Shown: piece after piece, positions 12,901-23,900 of the stretch
Layout: each line of letters begins with the position of its first letter
Numbering within the stretch: the first letter of the stretch is position 1
Source of the DNA: Hormiphora californensis
Lineage: Eukaryota; Animalia; Ctenophora
DNA length: 64,000 bases
Direction: 5' to 3'
Assembly (NCBI GenBank): GCA_020137815.1
Contig: CM035361.1
Coordinates: 3,720,001 to 3,784,000 of the forward strand
Position numbers and translations under genes: made by a program
The notes under the pieces: generated by a model
What the model was told of the DNA's origin: nothing
Databases searched by the model: none
The model's input: the letters and a program-made list of their open reading frames with translations, nothing else

Positions 12901-13729
12901 GGGTAATGATATTGTTGGGTTTATCCAGTTTCATAGTAATGACAAAGCATCTGACTTCTACAGACCAGGTAATGACAAAGCATCTGACTTCTACAGACCA
13001 GGCAATGACAAAGCATCTGACTTCTACAGACCAGGTAATGACAAAGCATCTGACTTCTACAGACCAGGTAATGACAAAGCATCTGACTTCTACAGACCAG
13101 GTAATGACAAAGCATCTGACTTCTACAGACCAGGTAATGACAAAGCATCTGACTTCTACAGACCAGGTAATGACAAAGCATCTGACTTCTACAGACCAGG
13201 CAATGACAAAGCATCTGACTTCTACAGACCAGGTAATGACAAAGCATCTGACTTCTACAGACCAGGTATAAATGGTATAAATGTATTCAATAACACTTGA
13301 ACTTTTTTGGTGACCCCCCGCATACAGGTGTCGGCTCCGCCCCAAAAAGGGTCGTTTCTTTCAAGGGTCCAGTGGATCACGTGCAAGATTTCTTGAAAGA
13401 CGCGACCCTTTTTTAGGGGCGGAGCCGACACCTGTGTACGGGGTGTCGCGCCAGGTTTTTATGTCACCAATTAAACTTTAACGTGCACTCAATCAGGAAA
13501 CTACATGCATGATGATTAATGAACTCCTATTACTATTTCAATTCAGATAGGGTTGAGTGTCCTGCCTTTGCTGTTGAGGGATCAACTGCACAAGGGAACT
13601 GGCCTGCCTCACCAATTATAGGGACAACTACCACTATTGAATGTGCTGCCACTCATGTCATAGTGGGAACACTGACATGTCAGGAGGATGGATCATGGTC
13701 AAGTGATATACCGCAGTGTGACACTTTTG
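9965..13729 (+). CDS. Partial multidomain extracellular protein gene: [~140-aa beta-rich domain + sushi/CCP] x2. First sushi exon disrupted; N- and C-terminal exons not found
   Basis: Phase 1-1 exons with canonical AG/GT. 9965-10390 encodes DWTAVKRDDVKIPWDLEATPLQIKTDS...DTASDFYRA. 10647-10804 plus 11893-11914 encodes sushi ECPAF..C..LTCQEDETWSSD/VPQC. 12534-12968 (or a later tandem donor up to 13265) encodes a paralogous domain. 13547-13729 encodes sushi ECPAF..ECAATH..LTCQEDGSWSSDIPQC, with 4 Cys and the conserved Trp. Confidence 0.8.
10805..11878 (-). mobile_element. Non-autonomous poly(A) retro-insertion inside a sushi exon
   Basis: T20 tract at 10804-10823. Target-site duplication CATGGTCAAGTGAT at 10791-10804 and 11879-11892. 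Internal 51-bp tandem repeats at about 10968-11195. The sushi reading frame resumes after the second duplicate. Confidence 0.85.
11977..12441. repeat. MITE-like element with internal ~37-bp hairpin unit amplified about 12 times
   Basis: Termini CTGTCTGGCG...CGCCATACAG. Unit CCCCATCTGAGAATCAAATGGGGTATGCGCGCCGCAA. Related short copies at about 58330-58420 and 59100-59188. Confidence 0.75.
12938..13267 (+). repeat. 33-bp x10 tandem repeat spanning an exon end (NDKASDFYRPG)
   Basis: Ten units, each containing CCAG|GT (or |GC) donor-like junctions. Confidence 0.95.
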
Positions 13730-13753
13730 GTAAGTTCATGTTTGTTTCATGTT

Positions 13754-13861
13754 GACTGACACTGACACTGACACTGACACTGACACTGACACTGACACTG
13801 ACACTGACACTGATGTCTGACACTAACACTAACACTAACACTGACACTGACACTGACACTG
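13754..13861. repeat. (ACTGAC)n microsatellite
   Basis: Directly visible. Confidence 0.9.
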
Positions 13862-14151
13862 CACATATTAGTTCGTGTAAAGTACCGACATGACGGATCA
13901 CACATTTCAAACCACTATCCTCATCATCCCTTCATCAAGTTAGAAAAGAAATAACTTAGATATCAAAATATAACTCTGACAGTATCTATATGGTCCAAGT
14001 GAGACACAGCTGACACAGCTGAATATGCTCCGTGCCTCACTGCCTCACTTGGAGCAATTGGGCAACTAATTATACACTAACTAATTACTAATTACTAACT
14101 AATTACTAACTAATTATACACTGCCAAAGACTAGTAGTATATGTTGTGCAA

Positions 14152-14276
14152 GGGTCACCACACACCAAAGTTAAAATTAAAATTAAAATTTTGATTTTAA
14201 ACCCGCACACACCAGCGGCCGTTAAAATTTCTCTCAAAATTTTAATTTTAATTTTAACTTTGGTGTGTGGTGACCC
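14152..14276. mobile_element. MITE with GGGTCACCACAC... TIRs (longer copy at 54993-55368)
   Basis: TIR GGGTCACCACACACCAAAGTTAAAATTAAAATTAAAATTTT is shared by both copies. Confidence 0.8.
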
Positions 14277-14419
14277 TTATGCGCAAATCAAACGTTCGGG
14301 GATTTCATTTCGGCGGCCGTAATCCGCCGCCTAGTCCTTCCCGTACGCACCTCCACGATATCTGCAGAACTATAATATGGCGGGGGTATTTTTGTTGCCC
14401 CACATCTGTCATATTTATA

Positions 14420-14575
14420 CAGTCGGACCCCGATTTACCGGGATGCTTGAGAGAAATTGGGTTTTGCCCGGTAAATCGGGGTCAAATGCCGTTACTTTTC
14501 TATATTGGGGGAAGTTTATCCTCCCGGTAAATCGGGGTTTCGGTAAATCGTGCCCGGTAAATCGGGGTTCGACTG
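14420..14575. mobile_element. Tc1/mariner-type MITE (CAGTCGGACCCCGATTTA TIR, TA flanks)
   Basis: TA|CAGTCGGACCCCG...CGGGGTTCGACTG|TA. Family copies at 16119-16236, 20054-20225, 20405-21291, about 26431-26500 and about 41128-41226. Confidence 0.85.
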
Positions 14576-14985
14576 TAGCACCATACAATTTTCTAAACAG
14601 TGTCGTTTTTTATTTTGGGAAATAAATCTTGTAGTTGTACTTTTATACAATTATAAAATCCTCATCTTCACATTCCATATCCCCCTCTTTAAAACAAATT
14701 CTCATCAATCATCATTTTCAAAATTAAATCGTTTTTTCGCTTCCTCAATTACCAACTCGACAAACTCAATATATGAACATCACAATCAATTCAGAAATAC
14801 ACGTGTCTCACATTTATGGGTGAGCGAGTCAGCTGTGTAGAACTATCCGAACAGATCCTTCTTAACAGAAGCTGGACAGACTCGCACTGTCTGGATAAGC
14901 TCATTCCAATTCCCTGATCCCTGATTGGCTAATAACCAGTCACGTGACCTAAATAACGAGTTCTGATTGGTTGGTCTAAGCTTGG

Positions 14986-17900
14986 TCAACAGAAGCTGGA
15001 CAGACTCTCTCCGTTTTTGTAGTAAAACCGAATCCTGTTCATGAGATCAAACCGGGCCGTGTAACTCTCTCTCCCAACTAGAACCATCTCTTTCGAGTAG
15101 AATAGAACGTTACCGTCACTTCCTGTCAGAAAGATGAGGTAAGTAAATCACTCAATCAAAGCTACCACGGTGGGTAGTGCAGTGGCACTGAGCCGAAATG
15201 GCACCGGTACTTCCCGGAGAGAAGAGTTTGAAAATAGATTGAATATATTCGGGGGTGTTCTTGAGACCAGTTAGTTAAGGAGCGCGTAGTAGCCTGTAGC
15301 ATACTTGGGGGAAACAGTCGTGCCTGAACCTCAGGTTCAGGCCACAGCTATTTTCAACTGAGACCTGATATATCAGGTTTCAATGGCGGCTATTCCCTTA
15401 ATTAAATCTCAAGGAAAAGCCGTGACTCTCATGTCTCAGTGGAAAATAGCCGTGGTCTGAACCTGAGGTTCAGGCACAACTGTTTCCCCCACTCTACACA
15501 GCTAACATGAGTCTTACACGTACCGTACAAAGTGTCCACAATATTTCCATCATCAAACAAGAGATGAACCCTGGATCCCCTTTCAAGAGTCTCCAGAATG
15601 TCTCTATTTTCAGTACACTCTGAGAGGTTATGATCCGGTAAAACGTCATGAAAATTTGAAAATATCAAAGAAAAATATGGGGTCGGGTAAAAGGGGTTGA
15701 GGGCTCAGCTATAAAATTGTTTCAGAATTATTGTATTCAACATTGTCCTGACTCAGCTCTCAGGGTACTCTTATATACCTTGTGGGTCAGCTACTGATCA
15801 TGATACTCATTTCTAAGGGCTCATATAATATCTTTTCAGAATTCCAATTGATTATTCTGTGAGTATTATCATGAGTGTTACCTTGAATTGTTCTGTCTCT
15901 GAGCTGGTATCATACCTTGTGGGTTGATCGCCATCTGAGTGATGGGAAAGTGTCCCATTTTCTTTCTTGCATCCTTTATTGCCAAGAACTGAGCAACCCC
16001 ATCCTCCCCACACTGCAAATGTTGTTCAAATGTAAGGACGGTGAAATGTTTAAATTCATTAGGTCCAATTCAACCTTAGAATTACTGCAGGCTCGTTGGA
16101 TGGTCAATGTAAGTTCTACAGTCGAACCCCGACTTACAGTAACCCCTCGATTTACCGGAACAAACGGTATTTGACCCCGATTTACCGGGCAAAACCATTT
16201 CCCCCGAGAATCCCGGTATAAATCGGGGTCCGACAATATTAGATGTCACGCGGCCGGTAAAACGAGAATAAACTGTTGAAGTTTCCATTACTTTCCCAGA
16301 TTCGAACACTTACCGATAGTATTGTAAGGACGGTGAATCGTTCAAAAGTGTACCAGGAGAAAGGAAGGTCCCCTTTGTGCAACCAGTTTTCAGCAGTTTC
16401 ACATTTTAATTTGCTATAACGAGGGCAGACATGTGAATAAGATTAGTGAAAAGAAATCTCTCACTCTTGATCTTGTCCTATAATAAATAATTCATGATGA
16501 ACAATAGTAACAAATTTACTTCAGTAAATTTAATTAGCTTATAAGTGATATAATTAATCATCCTACCTCATTTGAAATTCATCACAGGTATCTCCACCTT
16601 GTTCCAGAAATCTCTCAATCTCCCCTCTCCAGCCTGCGTTCAGCATATCAGTCTTGGGCGACTTGCTGTAAAGTGCCAATCGGGTGGAACCATCCAGGAG
16701 AAGTAGATCATCGTGAAATACTGGGGAGAAGGGAGGAACTGGGATTCATGAAATGAGTAATTCTAGTGGAATACTGGGGAGAAGGGAGGAACTGGGATTC
16801 ATGCAATGAGCAATATTCATTCAAAAACTTATAAACTCTGTCTAATGAAAACTATACTGAATATGTATTGATCTACCAAACCCACACAGATTGCATTCAC
16901 TCATATGATGAACAAATTGCAATGTGTGCCACGTCCGAATAAAAGAAGTCAGCTGCTGACTTCTTCTATTCTCAGCACTGTAGATCAGAGAGATTAAGGT
17001 GGTCAAAATTTCTCCAGTACATCACCTATCTTCTACTATTGTGATGTTGATTGATATTGATTGTTATCAGTATAATTTTAAACCTCTTTTTCAAATCTTC
17101 TACTATAATAATTGTGAGATCATTACTTACCATTAAGGGTACGCTAACCAAAAATTTTTTTCGAGTGCAGGGAAATCTCTCACCGTAGGGTTGTAGGCCA
17201 TACCAAGGAGACCTCAAATATGCAATTTTAGCCCTTAACCCTTTGGGGACGATAAGCCCCCTGTCGACAGAATTCTCTAAAACTTTCTAGAGACACTCAC
17301 TTTGAACCTACTTGAACGCAGGAAAAGGAATTTTGGTTCTACCACCTGTATTTCTATTGGGTCACCTGTGACCCAATCGTCCCCTAACGCTAAAATAGGA
17401 ATTGAGATTTTGCCGCTATTTTGCCCGATAACTCGTAAACTGTTCATTTTAGACCCTATGTTTGTTCATAACACTTATATAAACCCGGCCATTCTGCACA
17501 GTTTGCACACCCTATGGGCCTCTCTATCTCATCTGTAGCCGATTTTAGAATTTTAAAATTGGCCGAGATGAAAAATTTTCTGAAGGAGCACGGATCTCAA
17601 AAATTTTTTCATCGACTCCCTAAGATGTTGAGATAACAATGATGGAGTCGGTTAGTCGCTAGCACCTGTTTAAAAAATGCCGTTTTAGACTTTTATCGGG
17701 GGCCATTCCTTTAGAAATGCTCGTAAAATGCAAATTCCTGTTTTAGCGTTAGGGGACGATTGGGTCACAGGTGACCCAGCACTTTGAAGGCCTCTGAGAG
17801 GCACAAAATTTGGAATATCACCCTGAAACTTTACCCCGGGGTAAAATACACACTTTTCTTGCATTTTCCAAGTCCATTTTAAGTATACTCGTACCAATTT

Positions 17901-20900
17901 TGAGATATGGCCATTAAACTACCCATTTTGCCTACCAAATGCACTGTTTTAGCCCTGTTTTCCAAAGTCGATAACTTCAGAGGCTCAAAACGACCTCAAA
18001 ATGCTAGAAAAATGTATGGTTCAACCCTGGAAACGATTTAAAACTTTCAAATATGGTCTAGAAAGACGCTATATGGGTTCAAAGTTGTGGGTCACCTGTG
18101 ACCCAATCGTCTCCAAAGGGTTAAGTCGAATTCATATTTTTGCTACAGCTGTTTAAAAAATGTACTGTAAATACGTTTTTGGCATCTCAAAAAAAATTTT
18201 TTAAAGATAAGAGCATGAAAATTTGGGGATTTGAAGAGGACATGAAGGTGAATAACCACAAAAATTTTTTTTGCAATCCGAGCTGATTTCCGGTCCTGAG
18301 ATGGATTTCTTTTTTTCCACTTTAACGCCCTATTTGGCAAAGTTCCGAAAACATGTGAAAGCTGCAAATTGGTGAAAAGTTGCGTCTAACGATTATCTAA
18401 GTGGCCATAAATTTTGGGCGTGTCCTTATTTGAGATAAGCTGTACAGAGTTTTTTTTGTGAAAGCCGTCATTTCAGAAATAAATAAATTCCCTGTATCTC
18501 AAAAACGGCTGATCGTAGAGACCTGAGACTATGCTTAAACGATTCAGAAGGTCCGATTTTGGGGGGGTCTTCTGAGAGACATTTTGCTCCTACTTCAACC
18601 GTTTTTGCTGTAATTGCGAAAAACAAATTCTATGAAAAGGGCAAAAGCTAAACTCCAATATCCTGTAATTAGGGAATTTTGGCTAAGAAAGAACCGAAAC
18701 TATGGAAAAATGTGTAACAAGCTAATTCCTTCACTATTTGGTCCATATGGGTCCCTATAATCACCAAAAACAAAATCACAAAAAATCCACGATGGCGAAG
18801 ATGGGTTTTTGTTTTTCGCAATTACAGCAAAAACGGTTGAAGTAGGAGCAAAATGTCTCTCAGAAGACCCCCCCAAAATCGGACCTTCTGAATCGTTTAA
18901 GCATAGTCTCAGGTCTCTACGATCAGCCGTTTTTGAGATACAGGGAATTTATTTATTTCTGAAATGACGGCTTTCACAAAAAAAACTCTGTACAGCTTAT
19001 CTCAAATAAGGACACGCCCAAAATTTATGGCCACTTAGATAATCGTTAGACGCAACTTTTCACCAATTTGCAGCTTTCACATGTTTTCGGAACTTTGCCA
19101 AATAGGGCGTTAAAGTGGAAAAAAAGAAATCCATCTCAGGACCGGAAATCAGCTCGGATTGCAAAAAAAATTTTTGTGGTTATTCACCTTCATGTCCTCT
19201 TCAAATCCCCAAATTTTCATGCTCTTATCTTTAAAAAATTTTTTTTGAGATGCCAAAAACGTATTTACAGTACATTTTTTAAACAGCTGTAGCAAAAATA
19301 TGAATTCGACTTAAGGGCTAAAATTGCATATTTGAGGTCTCCTTGGTATGGCCTACAACCCTACGGTGAGAGATTTCCCTGCACTCGAAAAAAATTTTTG
19401 GTTAGCGTACCCTTAAGTTGGGTAAAGTAGCTTTTCTCCCCAATACGATCCTCAACAATCATCACACCGTCTTCATTAATCTGTTTCATCTGAAAATGAC
19501 GAGAACTTTTATTAAAACTGGTATTTTTTCGAACGATGACCACAATCAGCAGAGTTTTATAAAAACTTAAAAAAAGCTGGAAGACGGAAGTTTTACGAAC
19601 TCTTCAAGAGTTTTAAAAGTTCGTTTAACTGACAGCATACTTTGCGTTGTATTTAAGCTATGAATAAAGGTGACGATCAGAGTTTAACATTCTCACTCAA
19701 CCCTGTTTAAATAGTTAGCGAGTTGTCTGAAAAAAGACAACTATTTTAGTTTCAGTTTGACGTATCAAGCTCTCTCCCAGTAAAATCGTTATGAAACTAT
19801 TTTATAATACGAATCGAGTTTTGAAACCGAATTCTGTAAATTGTTATGGTTATCTAGTTCTCATTCTTATGAAGATGATAAAGAGATTATCATAACACTT
19901 AAAATTACATCACCTGAAGATGATATTTAAATGGACAGCAATATGATTCGGTTATTGGTATTTTACAAAAATTCAGTTTTAACTGACACTATGAATACGA
20001 GTTTAAGCGACATTTGCATAATACACTTACTAAAGATGGTAGTTAAGATGGTACAGTCGGACCCCGATTTAGGGACACCCTCGGGGGGAAAGGCTCTTGT
20101 CCACTAAATCGGGGTGTCCACTAAATCGGGGTCAAATAAGGTTAATTTCCTATATCGGGGGAAAAAATCCTGTCTCTAAATCGGGGTGCCACTAAATCGG
20201 GGGCTCCTAAATCGGGGTCCGACTGTAGTTAAAAACAACTAGATAATTGGCTGGAAAGTGGAAATGTTCTTACAATTTACATTGCTGATATTTAATCGCA
20301 AAAAGTTGTCTGGAAATATAAAGTCGGACCCCAATTTACCGAAATGCTCGGGGGAAAGGGTTTTGCCCGGTAAATCAGGGTCATTAATACTGTCAAACCC
20401 TATACAGTCGGACCCCGATTTAGTGGCATCCTCGGGGGAACAAAATCCTGCCACTAAATCGGGGTGCCACTAAATCGAGGTGAGCCATATTTGGCCCATA
20501 AAAACCTATTTTATGCCCAAAATGCTATACTAAAACTAAAGACACCTCTAACTGTTATAATATGCAATATTTATGTATTGATGACATGATCATTTATGAT
20601 TACAAATAGAAAACTATAAAATAATTTTTTCAAAAAAATTGTGAAAATTTTTCTAAGTTATACCGGCCCGTCCGATTTGTGTTTCGAATCGGTGCAGCTT
20701 ACTGGATGTCCTGTCTAATTAGCGGGTTCCAAACGAACCGATACGTGATACCATGCAGAATTGGGGCACCCTAAGCGGGTGAGGAAATATCAAAATTTCA
20801 AAATAACTTTTTCTCTCAAAATTTATGGGAAGCACCGATCAAAGCATTGACAATCTTACTGTAAAATTTTGCAAAAAAAGTTTTAAAATTTTTTAAAGGT

Positions 20901-23900
20901 ATAGTGTATACCAGCCACGTCCGAATCCTGTTTCGAATCGGTGCATCTTATCGCATGTCCTGCTGCTAATTAGACGGTTCGGAACGAATCGAAACGTGAT
21001 CACTGATCCCCATCGAATCGAAATTTTGACGCTTGGTGAACTTTTGATTCAATGGCCCCATGGGGATCATGTATCGGTTCGTTCCGAACCGTCTAATTAG
21101 CAGCAGGACATGCGATAAGATTCACTGATTCGAAACACGATTCGGACGTGGCTGGTGGTTCTTTGAAAAATTTTCAAAAAAATTTCAAAAAAATTTCACA
21201 AAAAAATTCAAAAAAATTTTTGGGGGAAAAAAATCCTGCCACTAAATCGGGGTGCCACTAAATCGGGGGCCACTAAATCGGGGTCCGACTGTATATGTCG
21301 GGGAAATTTTATCCTCCCGGTAAATCGGGGTCCGGTAAATCGGGGTCTAGTAAATTGTCTGGAAATATATACTTACATCACTGGCGAATCGTCTATAAAA
21401 AGCAGGATCGTGAATGGATGAGACCACGGTTAGAGTGACGTTATTCTTGTCTCGAAGGAATCGAGCAAGTTCGAATGCTTGTCCCACACTATACGATGTA
21501 CCCTAGGTGGACGGGGGAGGAGTTTGTCAGTACGATGCACCCTGTCATGGACGGGGTAGTGGGAGACACTAGCGTGGTACCACGCAAAAAAAATGCGCAC
21601 CACACCAATTTCGTTTTTCAAAAAACACCGTTGGAAAGGGAATTTCAAGCCCCATCGAATGGCGAAGGTTTGAAGTCTTTATATCTTATCAGGAACAGGA
21701 GTTATGAGCCAAAACGTGAAAAGTCGATGTGTTATTTGAAAAACGAAATTGGTGTGGCGCGCATTTTTTTGCGCGTACCACGCCATAGTGTCTCCCACTA
21801 GGGGAGGAGTTTGTCAATGCGATGTACCCTGCAGTGGGGGGTTAAGTTTGTCAGTGCGATGTACCCTGCAGTGGGGGGGTTAAGTTTGTCAGTACGATCT
21901 GCCTGATCAATTTCCTCGCTAAACTCGCATAGAAGCGTAGTTCACGAGAAATGTTTTTTTTCGCGGTAAATCGACAGGGTTCCAGTAAATTTAATTGAAC
22001 AGGAAGTAATTTAAACCACATCAACTCACATCAACGAAATAATAGACAGAACTGTGTCCCACTGTTGTTTCATCTCTAAAGGCAGAAGGTAGTTGTCCTC
22101 CCAGTCTCCTGCACTGGAGATCCGTCGGAAAAGCAAAATCAGACCTAAAACGTAATGTTTTAGAAAATAATTTAGGCTTGTTGGATTGCGCCCTGAATAT
22201 TATATCTGTACCCTGTTTCTCAAATTCATAATTCTGGATGTTTTATCAGCGCAATATCAAGCTTGTCAGTGAGACTGAGATCAAGCGTGTCAGTAGATGT
22301 CAATTGTCAGCTAGGTACCTGTATATTTCAGAACCCGTCTCCTCTCCCCCAGCTTGTTCCTTATCACAAGGGGATTGCCCAGCACCCATCCTACTAAGAA
22401 GGTCATACAACTCATCTCTCCAACTAAAGTTTGTCAGTGACACTGTCCTTCCTGGAATAATGGGTGTTCTCAACTAATTTTTCATATTTTAATTTTTCAT
22501 CTTTTTCTGTCACAAGATGTGATCACCTGAGCACTAACAAAAGTGGTATCATTTCATTCTTATCTTTTATACATTTGTAAGGCAAAATCTACATTTGCCT
22601 TACAAATGTAAAGGGAGGGTTAGAACATAGCAAATCTACATATATTTCTCACCGGTAACGTATTTTACAAGGCGCTGCTGAGCATCATAAATGTAGAAAT
22701 CATCTTTATATCCTGTGGAAAAGAGGTTTTTTAATAGATTCGAAATCGTCGAGGGTCACTGAGGTTCATAATATGACTTGAATCGCTCAGACCATACAGT
22801 TCGGAGGCTATTTCCGGTGACAATGGGCACGTTTACGGTAGCTGTAATCTTGGATTCCTGGACCTATAACGCGCCCATTTTCGCTGGCCGAGAGGTTCAT
22901 TATACACGTACCTCCAAGGTCTCTCCACGCGTTGGTAGACCAAGAATCCTGCATGTAGTAGACGTGATCAAACATTCGAATGTGACGCATATAGTAATCC
23001 GTATAATCCTCGTATCCTGAGATAGTTTGATGAGTAATTTAGGTTACAAGCTTACAGTCGACAGTTGGGTGATCGGATAACTGTTTATTAGCCTCATGTT
23101 TGATATTCAGATAACAGGGAAACCGCCATCTCTCTTTTCAATAACATTGCCCGACAAGATCCGAGAGAATTGTTAAAATGGGAGGTGGATTTTCCTGAGG
23201 ACGGAGAATTTACACCATTCCTTGGCACTGAGATTCGAATTACTGATGATAAGCTGGAATCTAAGTTCTATCGAAAAGGTACGAGAAAGGACATCACCCT
23301 GCACTTCCGGTCTCACCATCCTCTGGAAACGAAAGTGCAGACAGTACGCAACTTCTACAGAACTGCAGAGATCTCATCATCTAACCCGGAATTATTGGAA
23401 CAGTCCTTAGCCATTACTGACAGACTTCTTTTAGCTAATGGGTATGAACACCCCAGACAATTTGGAGAACAGAGAACCCGGGGTAGGTTGACAAAGGGTA
23501 ATAACAATGTGATGTTGAAATTACCGTATGTTTCTGAAACTGTGAGTGGTGAAATACGTAAGTTTATCACCGCCAGAGCTCTGCCAATCGATTTAGTCTT
23601 CACCCCAGGCACCCGCTTGAGAGACATGCTATGTAGCTCACGTCCTCACGACAATCTAGAGTGTCTTGCGAAAAATTGTAATATTTGTGAAAGACTCGAG
23701 AAGGGCTCGTGTAACACCATGTCACCAGTGTACCAGATAACATGTTTATTGTGTGGTGAAATCTATGTGGGAGAGTCTTGTAGGTCGGTACACGACAGAT
23801 TGTCAGAACATTCCCGCAATGCTAACAATCCTAATGCGCCGAGCTACATTGATACCCCTCTAGCCATTCATTACACATCACGTCATAAAAACACACCCCC

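Noticed and set aside
15271-15293. Short terminal exon GYYALLN*
   Set aside because: Exon 15122-14986 has a better acceptor and completes the third domain.
16877-16977. Open minus-strand segment with AG/GT borders as an extra exon of the SelP-like gene
   Set aside because: It is phase-incompatible with the upstream exon. Direct splicing to 16720 gives the better inter-domain alignment.
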